Source: an uncultured Gemmatimonadaceae bacterium (GTDB lineage Bacteria > Gemmatimonadota > Gemmatimonadetes > Gemmatimonadales > Gemmatimonadaceae). Taken from it: 64,000 bases of DNA. Position 1 is the stretch's first letter; each line of letters begins with the position of its first letter. The notes under the pieces were generated by a model. That model made no database searches. It was not told where the DNA came from and saw only the letters and a program-made list of their open reading frames with translations. Positions 60,772 through 64,000 of this stretch are shown here, one piece after another. Made by a program: the position numbers and the translations under genes. The stretch spans positions 2,848,001 to 2,912,000 of the forward strand of contig CAWJMB010000002.1 in NCBI GenBank assembly GCA_963843845.1. The letters are read 5' to 3'.

Positions 60772-62334
60772 TCAGAACCACGCGCGCACCGTCGCCGAGA
60801 GCGCGTCGGCCCGCCAGGCGGGGCGTGCCGGGCGGAGCGCCAGCGCATCTCCCCGCTCGACGGCCGCCGCCGCCTGCACCTCCGCGCGCGCACCGAGTCG
60901 CACGATCGCGCGCGCCGACCCGCCGTGGCTTCGCCCCTGCCAGTTCGGAGCGAACAGGTTCTCCTCCCCCCGCACGCGGCGGAACGCGGTCGCGCGAAGC
61001 CGCACGCGCGCGTCGGCCAGCTCGGCTCGCGCGACGACGGCGGTCTGCGCCCCTTCCCCGCCCAGCGGATGCCCGATGAGCGCGCCTCCCTCGGTCCACC
61101 CGTCGCGAAAGATCGCGTGACGCCCCCACGGGGGATTCCGGCAGCAACTGTGCGCGAAGCTCGATCGCTCGGCGCCGACGGCGAGCCACGGCGCGCCGGG
61201 GACGACCGGCAGCTCCACTCCGGCGACGATTCCCGGCACGTCGCGGATGGCGCCCGCCGCGTCTTCGGTGCCCCACTCGAGATGCCCGACGACCGGGACG
61301 CCGCCCACCGTCGGCGTGAGCCGCGCGTCGAACGACATGACCTGATCTTCGAAGCCGGGGCGCCCTTTCCGGAAGCCGATGAACGCGAGGTCGAGCAACC
61401 GCTGCACCGTCACGCGCTCGTTGTCGTCGCCGCCGAAGATGGTGCCGCGGTTCCAGCCGAGCTGCAGGACACGCAGCGGCGCGATCGAGAGCCGCCCGCC
61501 GGCGAAGTACGGATGCCGCTGCGTGTAGTTCGAATCGAGTCGCGACGCCCACACCTCGGCGTGCCAGGGGCCGAGGTGACGAAGCACACCGGGGATGCGC
61601 GAGCCGCGCAGGATGAAGAGCCCCGCACCGTCGAACGCCGCGCCGCCCCCGATCGTCACACCGCCGAGCGACGACGGGCCGTACGCCGGGGCGCGGCGGC
61701 CGGCCCAGATCCCCAACGCGCCGACGGCGAGCACCGCCTGCGCGCGGTCGACGGCGACGCGGTCGGGCGACCCGCCGACCTCGACGCGCAGCGCGAGACG
61801 GCGGCCGGCGCGCGCGGCGAGCGTGGCGCGTCCGGCGAGGCCGTCGGCGCCCGCGATCCGGCGCGGCGGAGGGAAGATCGAGGTCGTCAGCCCGGCGCCG
61901 GGCGCGAGCTGACCGGTCTCGCGCCCCACACCCGCCGCGAGCGTCGCCGACACCGTCGTGGCACCGAGCGACTCGCGGAACTCCTCGCGCAGACGTGCGA
62001 GGTACGCCCGACCGAGCGCGCCGAGCGGATCGGTCGCCGGCCGCGACGCCGCGCGCTCGAGCACGAGCACGACGTCGCCGAGCGACGGGGTCCGCGCGCC
62101 GCCGTCGAAGCGCACGTCGCGATCGGCCGCGTCGAGCTTGCGCGCGGCGTCGACGCTCCAGTGGCCGACCGGCAGGAAGATGGTCGCCGCGACCGTCTGC
62201 GCGCCGAGCGTGCGCGCGCCAGCGACCAGGCACGCGCCGAGCACCAGGCACACGCCGAGCGCCCGGCGCGTGATGACCGTGAGGCACTCGGCGCGCGGGG
62301 ACGTCGCGCGGCGCGGACGCAGACGCCGGCGCAT
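60772..62334 (-). CDS. Capsule assembly Wzi-family outer-membrane protein
   Basis: Signal peptide, WAGRRAPAYGPSSLGGV, PYFAGGRLSIAP, QLGWNR, DQVMSFD, IGHPLG, C-terminal VRAWF. Confidence 0.72.
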   Translation of the reverse strand: MRRRLRPRRATSPRAECLTVITRRALGVCLVLGACLVAGARTLGAQTVAATIFLPVGHWSVDAARKLDAADRDVRFDGGARTPSLGDVVLVLERAASRPATDPLGALGRAYLARLREEFRESLGATTVSATLAAGVGRETGQLAPGAGLTTSIFPPPRRIAGADGLAGRATLAARAGRRLALRVEVGGSPDRVAVDRAQAVLAVGALGIWAGRRAPAYGPSSLGGVTIGGGAAFDGAGLFILRGSRIPGVLRHLGPWHAEVWASRLDSNYTQRHPYFAGGRLSIAPLRVLQLGWNRGTIFGGDDNERVTVQRLLDLAFIGFRKGRPGFEDQVMSFDARLTPTVGGVPVVGHLEWGTEDAAGAIRDVPGIVAGVELPVVPGAPWLAVGAERSSFAHSCCRNPPWGRHAIFRDGWTEGGALIGHPLGGEGAQTAVVARAELADARVRLRATAFRRVRGEENLFAPNWQGRSHGGSARAIVRLGARAEVQAAAAVERGDALALRPARPAWRADALSATVRAWF

Positions 62335-63305
62335 CAGAACCCGTACTGCTGGCGGACCGGCGGAGACGAGCGCCAGCGGTTGTGCATCCACAGCCACTGC
62401 TCGGGGAACGCGCGGATGATCGACTCGATGTGCGCGTTCACCGCCGTCGTGAGTCGTACCACGTCGGCTGCTCGGTCGCCGCTCGGCTCGGGCAGTACGT
62501 GCCCGTGGCTGCGCACCGCGAAGCCGCCGCGGCCGTCGCGCACGCACGAGAAGAAGAGCAGCGGCGCGCCCGACTTCAGCGCGACGCGCGCCGGCCCGTC
62601 GAACGTGCCGGTCGGGTGCCCGAAGAACGGCGCCACGACGTCGCGCGCGTTCTGGTCGGCGATGATCGCGACGCACGCCCCGCGTGCGAGCCCGTCGTAC
62701 AGGGGCCGGAGCGACTGGCCGCGCGTGACGACGTGAATTCCGTTCCGCGCGCGCAGACCGATCATGATCGCCGTCGTCCCCGGATCGGCGGCCTCGCGCG
62801 CGAGTGCGAGCACCTCGTGGCCGCGCGCGGCGAGCCAGCGCCCCATGACCTCGAAGTTGCCGACGTGCCCCGTGACGAGGATGACGCCCCGTCCCCGCGC
62901 GAGCAGCGCGCGCAGCTCGTCGTACGACGCCGGCTCGACGCGCAGCAACGACTCTGCCTGCGCAGCGGACATGAACGCGAAGCGGATCGTCTCGATCGCC
63001 GTCATGCCGAAATGCTCGAAACTCTCCCGCGCGATGCGCTCGCGCTCGTGGGGCGTGAGCGTGTCTCCGTACGCGATGCGGAGGTTCCGCAGCGCGACCG
63101 TGCGCCGGCGCCGCTGCGTCCGCCACGTGAGCCGGCCGAGCGCGCGGCCGAGCGCGAGTGCGCGGTCGTGGCCGCCGGGGTAGAGGCGCAGGAGCTGGAT
63201 GAGTGTCCGCAGCGCGCCGCGTCCGAGCGCGCGGCCGACGGTCTGCGTCGCGCGCGTCGCGCGCGTCGTGCGGCGGTGAGGGCGAGCTGCTGGCGGCGTC
63301 GGCAC
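62334..63305 (-). CDS. Lipid A biosynthesis acyltransferase family (LpxL/HtrB)
   Basis: RNLRIAY, GRGVILVTGHVGNFE (HxxxxE), IADQ, FFGHP, PEQWLWMHNRW. Confidence 0.92.
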   Translation of the reverse strand: MPTPPAARPHRRTTRATRATQTVGRALGRGALRTLIQLLRLYPGGHDRALALGRALGRLTWRTQRRRRTVALRNLRIAYGDTLTPHERERIARESFEHFGMTAIETIRFAFMSAAQAESLLRVEPASYDELRALLARGRGVILVTGHVGNFEVMGRWLAARGHEVLALAREAADPGTTAIMIGLRARNGIHVVTRGQSLRPLYDGLARGACVAIIADQNARDVVAPFFGHPTGTFDGPARVALKSGAPLLFFSCVRDGRGGFAVRSHGHVLPEPSGDRAADVVRLTTAVNAHIESIIRAFPEQWLWMHNRWRSSPPVRQQYGF

Positions 63306-63348
63306 GACGTCAGGGTAACGCGCCGCGCCCGGCGAAGCCAAGCGGGTG

Positions 63349-63888
63349 TTACCGCTCGGCGCGTGCGATGGCCTCGTCGAGCAGTCCGCTCGCCCGCGCC
63401 GCATCGGCCCTGCCTAACAGCGTCACGTGCGTACCGAGGGCGGTCGGATAGGCGACGAGAAATCGCTGGACGTCGTCGAGCAGCTCGGGCGGGAGCTGCT
63501 CGACGTCGTGGACGCGGGCGAACGTGCGCGACAGCACCCCCACCCCGACGAGTCGGTCGTTGCGCTGCGGCGCTCCGTCGTCGCTCGTCGTCTCGAGCTC
63601 GATCGCGCCGACGAGCCGCGTCTGTACCACCACGCCCGGCGGGAGCGGGCCGTCGAGCAGCAGCAGCACGTCGAGCGGGTCGCCGTCGCCGGCGCGCGTA
63701 CCGGGGACGAATCCGAACTCGAACGGAAACGCGAGCCCGAGCGGCAGCACCTTCTTCAGCACGAACACCCCGCGCTCGGCGTCGAGGCTGATCTTGTGGA
63801 CGCTGCCGCGCGGCGTCTCGACGACGACGTTGACGTGGCCGCCGTCGTCACGCGGCGCGAGTCGGAGCAACGGGTGGGCAGGCGCCAT
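63349..63888 (-). CDS. Second family I inorganic pyrophosphatase-like protein
   Basis: VVETPRGS, FPFEFGFVPGT, DGDPLDV, RNDRLV. Confidence 0.85.
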   Translation of the reverse strand: MAPAHPLLRLAPRDDGGHVNVVVETPRGSVHKISLDAERGVFVLKKVLPLGLAFPFEFGFVPGTRAGDGDPLDVLLLLDGPLPPGVVVQTRLVGAIELETTSDDGAPQRNDRLVGVGVLSRTFARVHDVEQLPPELLDDVQRFLVAYPTALGTHVTLLGRADAARASGLLDEAIARAER

Positions 63889-63939
63889 ACCGCGCTCACT
63901 CGCACGCCGCGCGCCGCCGGAGCGAGGTGGTCCGGCGAC

Positions 63940-64000
63940 TCAGAACGACAGGCGCACGCCGACGCTGCCGGCGACGTTGTGCGTCCAGTCGCCGCGCACG
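63940..64000 (-). CDS. 3' end of an outer-membrane protein gene (truncated by window)
   Basis: Reads VRGDWTHNVAGSVGVRLSF-stop, a beta-barrel C-terminal Phe signature. Confidence 0.6.
   Translation of the reverse strand, partial: VRGDWTHNVAGSVGVRLSF

Overview
Very GC-rich (roughly 70-73% by eye), gene-dense bacterial chromosomal segment of about 68 genes. The gene content points to a diderm, most plausibly Gemmatimonadota (inference, not searched): an Oar-type TonB receptor, MlaE/MlaD, Wzi, LpxL and several small lineage-type hypotheticals. No rRNA, tRNA, CRISPR array, integrase or transposase was recognised. Recognisable blocks are mlaE-mlaD, ctaA-ctaB, ccmABCD-ppa, MFS/acs, an ABC-2/M16/TPR block, kynU-like with an APC permease, acnA, coaA, aguB-aguA, a TIGR03916-type radical SAM gene and an LpxL-Wzi-GT2-PHP surface locus. 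At least eight genes are broken by indels, several in G/C homopolymers, which most likely reflects long-read assembly error. Most notable observations: (1) a compact DUF92 / FAD-oxidoreductase / flavin reductase / methyltransferase / SRPBCC cyclase / FabF-type KS cluster with no type III PKS, CLF or ACP, a candidate new lipid or aromatic polyketide pathway; (2) a dispersed (C)GTTAGGC DNA word, 14 copies, that forces rare TTA codons; (3) a patatin-ferredoxin fusion; (4) pervasive leaderless TANNNT promoters, including two divergent genes whose start codons share the palindrome ATGCGCAT.
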